Shown here: positions 21,524-31,334 of the stretch, piece by piece | How positions within the stretch are numbered: the first letter of the stretch is position 1 | How the letters are laid out: each line of letters opens with the position of its first letter | Source of the DNA: an uncultured cyanobacterium | GTDB taxonomy: Bacteria; Cyanobacteriota; Cyanobacteriia; Cyanobacteriales; Cyanobacteriaceae | DNA: 64,000 nt | Reading direction: 5' to 3' | Assembly (NCBI GenBank): GCA_963710605.1 | Contig: CAVQBA010000004.1 | Coordinates: 832,001 to 896,000, forward strand | Position numbers and translations under genes: made by a program | Notes under the pieces: model-generated | What the model was told of the DNA's origin: nothing | The model's database searches: none | The model's input: the letters and a program-made list of their open reading frames with translations, nothing else

Positions 21524-24166
21524 ATGTCAGAATTAAATCTTGTTGGAGCAGTTTCACCGATAGTAGAAACATCTTTAGTGGGTGAAACAAACAATCCAGC
21601 TATTTGGGTTAATCCAAGTAACAGTGAAGAAAGTATTATTATTGGTACTCTCAACGAAGGTGGTTTAGCAGTTTTCGATCTTAATGGAGCTATTTCACAA
21701 ACAATTTTGCCTAGTGAAGTTGGCGATATTACTTACAACAGTGTCGATATTGTCTATGGTTTTAAATTAAATAATCAATCAATTGATTTAGCCGTAGTGA
21801 GCGATCGAGAAAACGATACATTAGCAATTTTCAATATTAATCCTGTTACCCGTAACTTAGAAAATATAACTGCGAATAATGTTTTAGATAGTATTTTTGG
21901 GGTGGATGATGGTTTAGCTACTGCTTACGGTTTAGCAAGTTATACTAGTCCTGTTGAAGAGAAGTCATATATCTTTGTTACTCAAGCTGAGGGGAACAAA
22001 ATCGCTCAACTCGAATTAATCGGTAACGATGATGGTACAGTTAATGCAGAAGTTGTACGTACGATCGAATTACCTGTAGCTGTAGGTGATGATGTAGAAG
22101 ATTACCAAGCAGAAGCGATCGTAGTTGACCAAGAAAAAGCGATCGTTTATGTCGCAGTAGAAGATAGAATTGGGATTGTTAAATTTAATGCCGAGCCTTC
22201 AGGTGATAATCAAATAGAAGTAGTTTATTCACTCCCCTCAACAGATGAACCAGCAGAGTTGAATTTTGATGATATTATTGTTTTTGGTGATAGTATTGCT
22301 GATGTTGGTAACGCTAATCTAGCCACTGGAAATACAGTATTTCCTTCCCCACCATATAATAACGGACGAGCAAGTAACGGTTCAAGTATTGTCGAATTAA
22401 TTGCCGAACAAATTGGTTTAACTGGTTCAGCCTCTATACCTTCGTTAGCAGGAGGCGATAACTATGCTTTTGGTGGTGCTGAATTAGGGGATGGTTTTTC
22501 TACTTTGAATAGCCCTAATATCGGTTTCCAAATAGATTCTTATCTAGCTATCGATACACCTGAAGCTACCGATTTATTTTTAATTAATGCAGTTAGTAAT
22601 AATATTCTGACTAATCCTACAGTTACCGCTCAAACTCTAGTGGATTTTGTTGTTGATCATATTACTACATTAGCTAACGCAGGGGCAAAATCTTTTGCGA
22701 TTACTAATTCTCCTCCTGTAGATGATTCTCCTACAGTTGTAAGTACAGGTCTTAGCGATTTGGCTGAAATTCTCAAAATTCAATACAATCAACTTTTAGA
22801 TACCACATTAGATCAGTTACGTGATGATTTAGAAGTTACCATTTATGAATTAGATAGTACTTCTATTTATAGCGAAATTGAAGCTAATCCAACCGCTTTT
22901 GGTTTTAGTAATATAACCGATTCTGTTTTAGATACAGACACTTTAACCCTTCAAGGTAATCCAGATGAATTCTTCTGGTGGGATGATATTCATCCTACAT
23001 TATCAGCTAATCAATTATTCGCCGATAGTTTTGTCGAACAAATTTTAGAAAGTGACGATGATTCAAATGCTTTACCTTTAACTGGTGATTTAAAAGGGTT
23101 GGGTATTTATTATGGTGCTGATGGTACGGGTTATCTAATTGCTTCGGGGAATGATGACTCTGGTTACGCTGTTTTTCGTCGAGAAGGAAATAATCAATAT
23201 TTAGGTAATTTTCTTATTGATCAGAATCTGGATTTGGGTATTGATGGAGTTAGCCAAACTTCTGCTTTAGATATAACTAATGTTAGTTTAGGTTCTAGTT
23301 TTCCTAATGGATTATTAATAGTTCAAGATGGAGCAAATCTTGACGATTCCCAAAATAATACTACTAATTTTAAATTGATTGATTGGGGAGAAGTTGCTAA
23401 TACTTTTGATCCTTCTAATCCTTCCTTAATCATTGATACCACAAGTTTCGATCCTCGTAATCCTACACCACAACCATTTTTTAATTTAGATGCTTGGTTT
23501 GAATTGAATATCAATAATCTAGCACCAGTTTTTCAAGGTAGTGTTGCCGAAACCGAGTTAGGTCAAATCATCTATAATTTTGAGATTATTACCGATCGAG
23601 AAATTGAAATCAATTTAGCCGACGATGTAGCTGATTTAGGCACTGATGCAGTATTCCAAAACTTAGTTGGTTTATACGAAATTAATGACGAAAATGGCGG
23701 TATTGATATTGATGGTGATGGCATTACCGACTTCTTACCCAGCGATTAAGGTTATGCCCGTGCGGCACTTACGACTAATCGAGTTGATGATTTTTTAATC
23801 CGTGCAGGGGGTAGTGGTGTGTCTGACGCTAATACTACTACCGAACAATTTAACGATAATGATGTGATTGTTTTTGGTGGTAAACGTTATTCTACTTTTG
23901 TGATTGCTAACGGTGGTGTATTAGGTGGGATTGATGATTTTGTCAGTCAAGAAGACAACGAAACTGATGGTATCTTTAATGATATGGCGAAATTTATTGA
24001 CGATCAAGTAGCTTACTTTTCTTTTATTGGTGCGAATCCTGACGGTGTAGAACATTTACAAGCACGAGGTAACAATGTCTTTGGTTTTGAAGATTTACCT
24101 TCTAATTTGGGACAAAGCGATCGAGATTTTAATGATGCGGTATTCCAATTAGAATTTTTAGTTTAA
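21524..24166 (+). CDS. Beta-propeller phytase-like protein with nested SGNH/GDSL hydrolase and C-terminal DUF4114-like domain; in-frame TAA at 23747-23749
   Basis: NPAIWVNP...IIGT and YNSVDIVYGF (phytase N-half), FGDS...NYAFGGA...WDDIHPT (SGNH), GIYYGADGTGYLIAS...NFKL (phytase C-half), and ANPDG...FGFEDL...DRDFND (DUF4114). The frame continues past the stop as LPSD*GYARAAL. Confidence 0.8.
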
Positions 24167-24176
24167 ACATTATGAT

Positions 24177-24233
24177 TAGGGTGGGCGATGCTCACCTTTG
24201 TCTGGTAGGGACGTAGCACTGCTACGTCCCTAC
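24177..24233. repeat. Two adjacent GTAG-type REP-like palindromes
   Basis: tagggtgggcgatgctcacct and the perfect gtagggacgtagca-c-tgctacgtccctac. Confidence 0.75.
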
Positions 24234-24400
24234 AATAATTGATTTTTATTTGAAATGACTATAGTAGTAAATATAGCCATTATTTTCTCTTAGTTAAAAT
24301 TGAACTTGGTCAAATCGATCGAGTAGTAATAGCTTCTAGCTATTTATTTTGAGCTTCTAGCTATTTTCTTCTTTTTGAGAATGAAACAGCCCTACCCAGA

Positions 24401-24454
24401 ATTGGGGAATTTAGGGGGCTTTCTTTGTATTTTATAATGGCAATAATTGCTATA
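24401..24454 (+). mobile_element. Family A MITE, partial right end
   Basis: ggggaatttagggggct...ataatggcaataattgctata matches the right end of 21344-21488. Confidence 0.6.
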
Positions 24455-24701
24455 TATAATCAAGATATTTATTAACCAGTTATTTAGACTACCTTGCCCA
24501 GTAATTTACTATCTGAATAAAAATAGAAATTTGAATTTGGTATAAGTATTAAAATTTTTTATTAATAAACATCAGAGCTTTGATTAAAAATATATCCAAA
24601 CTTTATCTTAGAAGAAATTAGTATTTTTTGGCGAATACTCTACTTTAAGCTTTTACGGGAATAGTTAACAAAAACCAAACTAAATAAACAGTATTAGTAA
24701 A

Positions 24702-25958
24702 ATGAATTGGAAAAAAAGACTCAACAAATATGTCTGGTGGATTATTTATAGCTTTTGTGGATATTTGCTTTTAACGCACTTAATTAATCAGCCTTTTCAT
24801 TTTGTCTATTTGGTATTTTATCCGTTTGTATTTTATCTTATTTGTTTTATAAATGTTCTTATTCACGAATTTGGTCATGCTATTGCAGGTTGGTTAGTCG
24901 GCTTTAAAATCCCCAAAATTATTATTGGCAAAGGAAAGAATATTTATAAGTTTAAAATCAAAAAAACTTCAACACATTTATATATCAATAGTCTTCCATT
25001 CACTGGTTTAACTTATGCAAACGAATTTTCACCTAACAACTTCAGATTAAAGTATTTATTTTTTACATTAGGAGGAGTGATTTCACAAGTTTTTTTTAGT
25101 ATTATTAGTTTTGTCTATTTGTACATTAATTATGATTTAGACATGATCCATACCAATATAACGTTAAAGCACTTTTATTATGCTTCATCATTATTTATTT
25201 TCCTTAATATATTGGATATATTCAATAATTTAATCCCAAAATATTACAAAATAAGTAACGAATATTATCCTAGTGATGGTTTAACTTTTTGGCAAACTAT
25301 TTGGATGAAAAAAAATGATTTAGATGAAACTATATTTGCAGATAGAATCAATAAAGGAATAAAAAAAATACAAGAAGGTAAATATTTAGAAGCAGAAGAA
25401 ATCTATAATAAATGTCTGGAAGAAGTACCCGATTTATCTTTAGCAATAATTAACTTGTCAATAGCATATATTCTTCAAGAAAAAATTGACAAAGCGATTA
25501 ATATATCATCAGAATTAATTAAAAATCTAAATTTAGATAACAGTAAAAAAAAATATATTTGTAATACTTTAGCTCATGGTTATTTATTAAAATTTACTAG
25601 TGATACACAATTTTTAGAAAAAGCTGATTCCGCATCAAGAGAAGCTTATTTTATCGATCCGAACTTTATTTATATTGTTCAAATTAGAGCTTCTATTCTG
25701 ATTGAAATAGGTGAAATAAATGAAGGTGTACAAATATTAGAAAAAATAATTACAAGTAAGGAAGAAAACATAACAGATGAGGAAAAAAATGATGTAATTA
25801 ATTTTCTTTATCTAGCTTATGGTTATTACCTTCAAGAAAAATGGCAGGAATCTCGACAATATTGGTTATTAGTTAAAGATAATGAAAGTTTAAAAACCAC
25901 TGAATATCGAATACTTTTTCAACATATTTTAAAGCAAACAAATAATTTTAATTTTTGA
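24702..25958 (+). CDS. M50 (site-2) family metallopeptidase with TPR domain
   Basis: IHEFGH and NLIP...SDG in a TM region, followed by TPR-like helices. Confidence 0.85.
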   Translation: MNWKKRLNKYVWWIIYSFCGYLLLTHLINQPFHFVYLVFYPFVFYLICFINVLIHEFGHAIAGWLVGFKIPKIIIGKGKNIYKFKIKKTSTHLYINSLPFTGLTYANEFSPNNFRLKYLFFTLGGVISQVFFSIISFVYLYINYDLDMIHTNITLKHFYYASSLFIFLNILDIFNNLIPKYYKISNEYYPSDGLTFWQTIWMKKNDLDETIFADRINKGIKKIQEGKYLEAEEIYNKCLEEVPDLSLAIINLSIAYILQEKIDKAINISSELIKNLNLDNSKKKYICNTLAHGYLLKFTSDTQFLEKADSASREAYFIDPNFIYIVQIRASILIEIGEINEGVQILEKIITSKEENITDEEKNDVINFLYLAYGYYLQEKWQESRQYWLLVKDNESLKTTEYRILFQHILKQTNNFNF

Positions 25959-26202
25959 TAAAGCGTTAATTAATCACTTCAATTATTCATCAGTTGTTTT
26001 TTTGAAATTATCGTGTAGGTAGTATTACAGCGATAAATTTGTTTAATATCGAAGCCAGAAAGAAAGAAAGAATATAATAAAGATTATCGACAAGAATCAA
26101 AACCATCGACAAGTAATTCGATCGTCACTAAAAAAGCCTTTAATGAAGATTACAAAATAATTCAACCTTTTTCGAGAATACATTCTAATTAATTTAAAAC
26201 AT

Positions 26203-26532
26203 ATGACACGACAACTAATAGATAGAGAAACTAATCAAGAAGCTTTTCCTAAATTAAGTGAAAATAATCTGCTCGAATTAAGTCAGTTTGGTGAATTACG
26301 TCAACTTGGTGATGATAAAGGTTTTATTAAAGCAGGATTAGAAGTCAAAGATTCACCTTATTGGGATAGTAAAGAAAGACAACCTTTTTTCTTAGAAACA
26401 AGTAGTCGTGGTGTTTTTACCGCAGGAGATGTACGATCGGATTCAATCAAAAGAGTAGCCTCAGCAGTGGGTGAAGGTTCGATGGCTGTCAAATTCGTTC
26501 ATAAAGTGTTGAGCGAATCAATCGCAGAGTAA
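26203..26532 (+). pseudogene. Internally deleted cNMP-domain/thioredoxin-reductase-like gene, still in frame
   Basis: N-terminal AFPKL...L..FGE joined directly to the TrxB-type C-terminus DDKGFI...LETS..GVFTAGDVRSDSIKRVASAVGEGSMAV. No GxGxxG and no catalytic core. Confidence 0.75.
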
Positions 26533-26718
26533 GTAGTTATTTTAATCAACAAAGGAGACGATCGATAATTTTGTAGTAATTTTGTAGTAGTAAAGGCTTT
26601 AGCCTTTCTCTACATTTATAGATAACTTTCCTCAACAAAATGATATAGTAAAAAAATTGATAATTATTATCGTTGGTCAAATTTATTATTGCCAGAACGG
26701 TTACTTGGAGGCTCTTAA

Positions 26719-28284
26719 GTGAAGTTAGTTAGCGATCCACCCATCAAGGTCAAGATTGACAAAATGAAGCAACGAGTCCGATGGCAAGACGCACTTATCA
26801 AAGAAAAATCGATCGATCAAACCAGACTTTTTATTGATGATGGTAATAGTGATAATCCTGAATTTTCTTTTTTAACGATCGGTGATAGTGGTTACTCTCA
26901 ACATTATGATCATCATCCCCAACGTCAAATAGCTCAAATGATGTTAGAGCAAGAAGAAACTAACTTTATTCTACATACAGGAGACGTTGTCTATCAAGTT
27001 GGTTCAAAAGAATATTATCATGATAATTTTATCGAGCCATACCGAGAATATTTAGTCGGGGGCAAATATCCTGAACTAATTAACTACGATGATTTAGTTT
27101 TTAATTTACCCTTCTTACCAACACTAGGTAATCACGACTATTATGATTTACCTGTTTTAGCTGGTTTTCTCTCTCAAGCTACTTGGGGGTTAAGACGTTT
27201 GTTGCCTCTTAATTTAGAACTAGATGTTGGTTGGCACGGCTCTTTTCAAGGTGAAGCTTATAGCAAAGCCTTCTTAGATTATTTACTCGAAATTAGATCG
27301 GAAAATGCTTTAGCACAACATTTAGATCAACATTACACTCATCAGATTAATAATACTCGTTGTCTATCTTATCAACCTGAAAAATTTACTCGTTTACCTA
27401 ATCGTTACTATCATTTTACCTATGGCGGAATTGATTTTTTTGCTTTAGATTCTAATACTTTCAATGCACCTTCTCCTCTTCCTGATACCGCTCAAGGAGA
27501 TGAAATGCGTCAGCAATTAGTCATTCGTCAGCAAAAATTAGAACAACGAAAACAAAAACTGTGGGAAGAAATCCAAAAACTAATTTGGAATAACAATACA
27601 GAAAATGAACTAACAGACGACAAAAAAGTAAAAATAGAGCAAATTGAAGAAGAATTACGAGATATAGAAAAAAGATTAGATCAAGATCAAATAACCACAG
27701 ATGTAGAACAATTAGATTGGCTTAAAGACAGACTAATCGCTTCTTGGCAAAATCCTGAAATACGAGGCAGAGTAGTTTATTTCCATCATCCTCCTTATGT
27801 TACCGAACAGAGTAAATGGAAACAAGGTCAAACACTTGCTGTACGCCAACGATTACGTCATGTTTTCGATCGAGTTGCTCAAGTAGTCGGTGAGCAAATT
27901 CCAGCAAAAAAAGGAATTGTTAATTTAGTTTTATCAGGTCATGCTCATTGCCTCGAACATCTTTATACTGAAGATACAGGTCATGCTGATTCGTTTATTA
28001 ATTGGGTTGTTTGTGGTGGTAGTGGGCATAGTTTACGTCGTCAACGAGTAGAAGGTGATATTCTGACAGAAACTGATGAACAAGGTAACGATCGTCAAGT
28101 AGCTAAATCATTAACTTTTATCGGACGTAATGGGCATGGAGCGAGTAAACGTAAGCCCTATTCTTTTTTAAAGGTTGAAGTTCGTTCTGGTAATTCAGTT
28201 GAATTTGTACTACATTACTATATTGCTGAACGTTTTCAAGGCAAATGGCATACTCGTAAATTAGATCCTGTCATCATTAATTAA
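26719..28284 (+). CDS. Calcineurin-like metallophosphoesterase with coiled-coil insert
   Basis: GDSG, HTGDVVY, GNHDY, FHHPPY and GHAH motifs. Confidence 0.9.
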   Translation: MKLVSDPPIKVKIDKMKQRVRWQDALIKEKSIDQTRLFIDDGNSDNPEFSFLTIGDSGYSQHYDHHPQRQIAQMMLEQEETNFILHTGDVVYQVGSKEYYHDNFIEPYREYLVGGKYPELINYDDLVFNLPFLPTLGNHDYYDLPVLAGFLSQATWGLRRLLPLNLELDVGWHGSFQGEAYSKAFLDYLLEIRSENALAQHLDQHYTHQINNTRCLSYQPEKFTRLPNRYYHFTYGGIDFFALDSNTFNAPSPLPDTAQGDEMRQQLVIRQQKLEQRKQKLWEEIQKLIWNNNTENELTDDKKVKIEQIEEELRDIEKRLDQDQITTDVEQLDWLKDRLIASWQNPEIRGRVVYFHHPPYVTEQSKWKQGQTLAVRQRLRHVFDRVAQVVGEQIPAKKGIVNLVLSGHAHCLEHLYTEDTGHADSFINWVVCGGSGHSLRRQRVEGDILTETDEQGNDRQVAKSLTFIGRNGHGASKRKPYSFLKVEVRSGNSVEFVLHYYIAERFQGKWHTRKLDPVIIN

Positions 28285-28419
28285 AAGAACTTTTACAAAA
28301 TAGATTAGAAAAAGATCTTGATGAAGAAGTAAAAGAATACGTACACTCAGTTATCAATAAAATTTAAGTTGATCATCAAAAAAGTAATCGATCGTATTTT
28401 TTTCAAATTAATGAATAAT

Positions 28420-28677
28420 TTAGTAATGATAACGACAAGCTAGAATTCTAATTTTGTCATCAAAAATTTGGTAAACTAAACGATGTTCTTTGTCTATTCT
28501 TCTTGACCAACAACCAGACAAATCATGTTTTAATCGCTCTGGTTTACCTGTACCTTCAAAGGGATTTTTTTGTATTTCTTTAATCAGTTTAATAATTTTA
28601 AGTGCTTTTTTACGATCATTTTCTACCCACCATGCTAAATCCTCAAAGCCATCAAGATCAAATTCCAAGTTTTTCAC
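28420..28677 (-). CDS. yoeB: Txe/YoeB family toxin
   Basis: PFEGTGKPERLKHDLSGCWSRRIDKEHRLVY and C-terminal RYHY. Confidence 0.93.
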   Translation of the reverse strand: MKNLEFDLDGFEDLAWWVENDRKKALKIIKLIKEIQKNPFEGTGKPERLKHDLSGCWSRRIDKEHRLVYQIFDDKIRILACRYHY

Positions 28678-28867
28678 AAGCTTCTTCTAAAGATATTCCT
28701 GTTTGACGATTTTTTGCTGATAATAGTCTTTTTTTCATGGTTTCGCTTTTGAGCAAATAACTTGTTTCATCTTCGTCTAGCAATTCTTGCCAAATTTTGA
28801 TGGGTACTATTACAGCAATTTTATTTCCTTGTTCATCAGATATGTATTGAAGATTCGTCACATTCAT
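28658..28867 (-). CDS. Antitoxin with YefM-like C-terminus
   Basis: Overlaps the toxin start; ETSYLLKS..MKKRLL resembles the YefM toxin-binding segment. Confidence 0.85.
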   Translation of the reverse strand: MNVTNLQYISDEQGNKIAVIVPIKIWQELLDEDETSYLLKSETMKKRLLSAKNRQTGISLEEACEKLGI

Positions 28868-29089
28868 AAAGAAAAATTTTTTACAGACTTGGTTTGATTT
28901 ATTTTATCAAATAAACAATAGCTTTCATTTCGATCGTTGATTATGTAGAAGCAAGTTAAATCATTTAATGTCTGATAGAAAGTATCTTTGGAAGATCTAA
29001 ATCTTTAAATACAGAAAGCTCGATCGATCATCAGTTCAATTTATTGCACGATAGGTTAATTTATCTGACTATGATATGATGGATTGTCT

Positions 29090-29225
29090 AATTCAATAAA
29101 TCGGTTCTTAAGTTATAAAGGCTTAAGAGGAAACAGGGAAAGCGTAGTTCAAATCTACCACTGTCCCGCAACTGTGATTGAGGAAAAATAAAAACCTCAT
29201 TAGTCAGGATGCCTGTCGATTTCAA
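29090..29225 (+). promoter_or_regulatory. Cobalamin riboswitch
   Basis: cggtt...aacagggaa...ctgtcccgcaactgtga...agtcagga-tgcctg core motifs, upstream of cbiM. Confidence 0.9.
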
Positions 29226-29256
29226 TTCACTTTAGTTTTAATCTGCGAGGTACAGT

Positions 29257-30021
29257 TTGAACGCACAATCTAAAAAGATCTGTCTATTATCAATGGCGGG
29301 TTTAAGTTTTTTGCTGGTAATATTTTCGACTCAACCAGCTTATGCAATGCACATAGCCGAGGGTTTTCTTCCCGTTCAGTGGGCTATCTTCTGGTGGTTA
29401 GTCTCTTTACCGTTTATCATAGTTGGTTTTCGATCGCTTAACCGAATTACAAAACAAAATCCCGAATTGAAGTTGTTACTCGCCTTAGCTGGTGCATTTG
29501 GCTTTGTTTTATCAGCTTTAAAACTACCTTCGGTTACAGGTAGTAGCTCACACCCCACAGGCACAGGGTTAGGTGCAATTTTATTTGGTCCTAGCGTGAT
29601 GACAGTATTGGGTAGTCTAATCTTACTTTTTCAAGCAGTTTTACTCGCTCACGGCGGTTTAACTACTCTGGGTGCAAATATCTTTTCGATGGCAATAGTT
29701 GGTCCAATTGTAGCTTATTTCATCTATCGTTTTTTTCTGGCTATTAATCAAGCAAAATTAGGTCTTTTTGCAGGTGCAATGTTAGGTAACTTAGCCACAT
29801 ATTTAGTTACAGCTATGCAACTAGCGATCGCTTTTCCTGCTGATAATGGTGGTATTCTGACTGCATTTAGCAAATTTGCGGTGATTTTTGCTTGGACTCA
29901 AATACCCTTAGCAATTGTTGAAGGTTTACTCACTATCTTAGTTTGGAATTGGCTTCAATCTTACGCTACAGACGAATTAAAAATTATTAATCTACTCAAA
30001 ACTTCAGCCGCAACTAAATAA
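29257..30021 (+). CDS. cbiM: Cobalt ECF transporter substrate component CbiM
   Basis: Signal peptide (AYA) then [20 protein letters not shown] and [11 protein letters not shown]. Confidence 0.95.
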   Translation: MNAQSKKICLLSMAGLSFLLVIFSTQPAYAMHIAEGFLPVQWAIFWWLVSLPFIIVGFRSLNRITKQNPELKLLLALAGAFGFVLSALKLPSVTGSSSHPTGTGLGAILFGPSVMTVLGSLILLFQAVLLAHGGLTTLGANIFSMAIVGPIVAYFIYRFFLAINQAKLGLFAGAMLGNLATYLVTAMQLAIAFPADNGGILTAFSKFAVIFAWTQIPLAIVEGLLTILVWNWLQSYATDELKIINLLKTSAATK

Positions 30022-30025
30022 TAAT

Positions 30026-30388
30026 ATGACTCAACTATCTAATCAAAAACCAAATCCAACTCCTAAAACCCCCCGTCAAGGTAATTGGTGGCTTATCTCT
30101 GGGGTAATTGTCTTAATTGCTTTTCCGTTACTTTTTATCAAAGGTGAATACAATGGTGCTGATGGACAAGCTCATGATGTTGTTTTAGAAATTCAACCAG
30201 ATTACGAACCTTGGTTTAATACTCTTACCGAACCTGCTAGTGGTGAAGTAGAAAGTTTCTTGTTCGCTACTCAAGCGGCTTTGGGTGCGGGTGCGATCGG
30301 TTATATCATTGGTTTGTACAAAGGCAGGAAGGAAGAATTGAGAATTGAGATGAATTCTTGCTTGAAGCAATTATTCGGTGAGAATTGA
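30026..30388 (+). CDS. cbiN: Cobalt transport protein CbiN
   Basis: GADGQA, YEPWF and PASGEVESFLFATQAALGA. Confidence 0.93.
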   Translation: MTQLSNQKPNPTPKTPRQGNWWLISGVIVLIAFPLLFIKGEYNGADGQAHDVVLEIQPDYEPWFNTLTEPASGEVESFLFATQAALGAGAIGYIIGLYKGRKEELRIEMNSCLKQLFGEN

Positions 30389-30463
30389 GAATAAATAATT
30401 AATAGTGGATAATATTACTTCTTACTTCTTACTTCTTACTTCTTACTTTTTACTTAATTATTT

Positions 30464-31256
30464 GTGGTTTACCAAATAGATTCTCTAGCGTATTCTAATA
30501 AGCTACGATCGTTAAAAACAGAACATAAATTAGGATTTGCCCTTTCACTTTTTATCCTCAGTTATTTAGCACCTACCCATGTTCAAATTTTAATTACTTT
30601 ATGGCTAATGATTTGGATTGTGGTTTATGCAGGTATTCCTGTGTTAGTTTATCGTCGATTGCTTGTTTTAGCTCTTGATTTTTTGGTGTACGAGTCTTCC
30701 TGCTTTGATTTTAGGTATTACTATTGGTTCGATCGATCGTAGTTTATCGATCGATCTAATCTGGAGTTTACAATTAGATCAAATCGGAATCTACATTAGC
30801 CGTAAAGGTTTAGAACAAGCAATAACTATACTTACAAGGACTGTTTCGCTTACCTCTTGTATGTACTTTATTTTATTGACTATTCCTTGGAGTGAAACAA
30901 TTCGAGTTTTGCAAAAATGTGGCTGTCCTTCTTTATTGTGTGAGTTGTTGTTGTTAATGTATCGTTTTATTTTTGTCCTCACTCAGACAGCTAGCGAATT
31001 ATTAATTGCTCAAAAATCAAGATTAGGTTTTCGTACTTACAAGACTGCGATTAAAAGTATTAGTTTAATTATCGCTCAACTGCTACAACGATCGATCGAA
31101 AATTACCGAGAAATATCTTTAGGTTTGGCAGGAAGAGGATTTACGGGAGAATTAAAAATCTGGCATTCTCGCACTAGTAAACTAAATTGGCGTTATTTAA
31201 TTGAAGCGATCGCTGGATATTGTTTTCTGTTGATACTAACTTTTTCAACTAATTAA
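30464..31256 (+). CDS. cbiQ: Cobalt ECF transmembrane component CbiQ, split by a +1 frameshift near 30674
   Basis: IDSLAYSNKLR N-terminus. The second frame carries LMYRFIF, AQKSRLG and GRGF T-component motifs. Confidence 0.88.
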
Positions 31257-31334
31257 CAATTATATAGCGATCGTGTTGTTGATAATTAATAATCAAATTA
31301 ACTATCAACGATGAGTCAGTGAATCGATAAATAC

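Noticed and set aside
28281..28367. Startless frame LKELLQNRLEKDLDEEVKEYVHSVINKI*
   Set aside because: Could be a gene remnant, but it is too short to assign and has no start codon.
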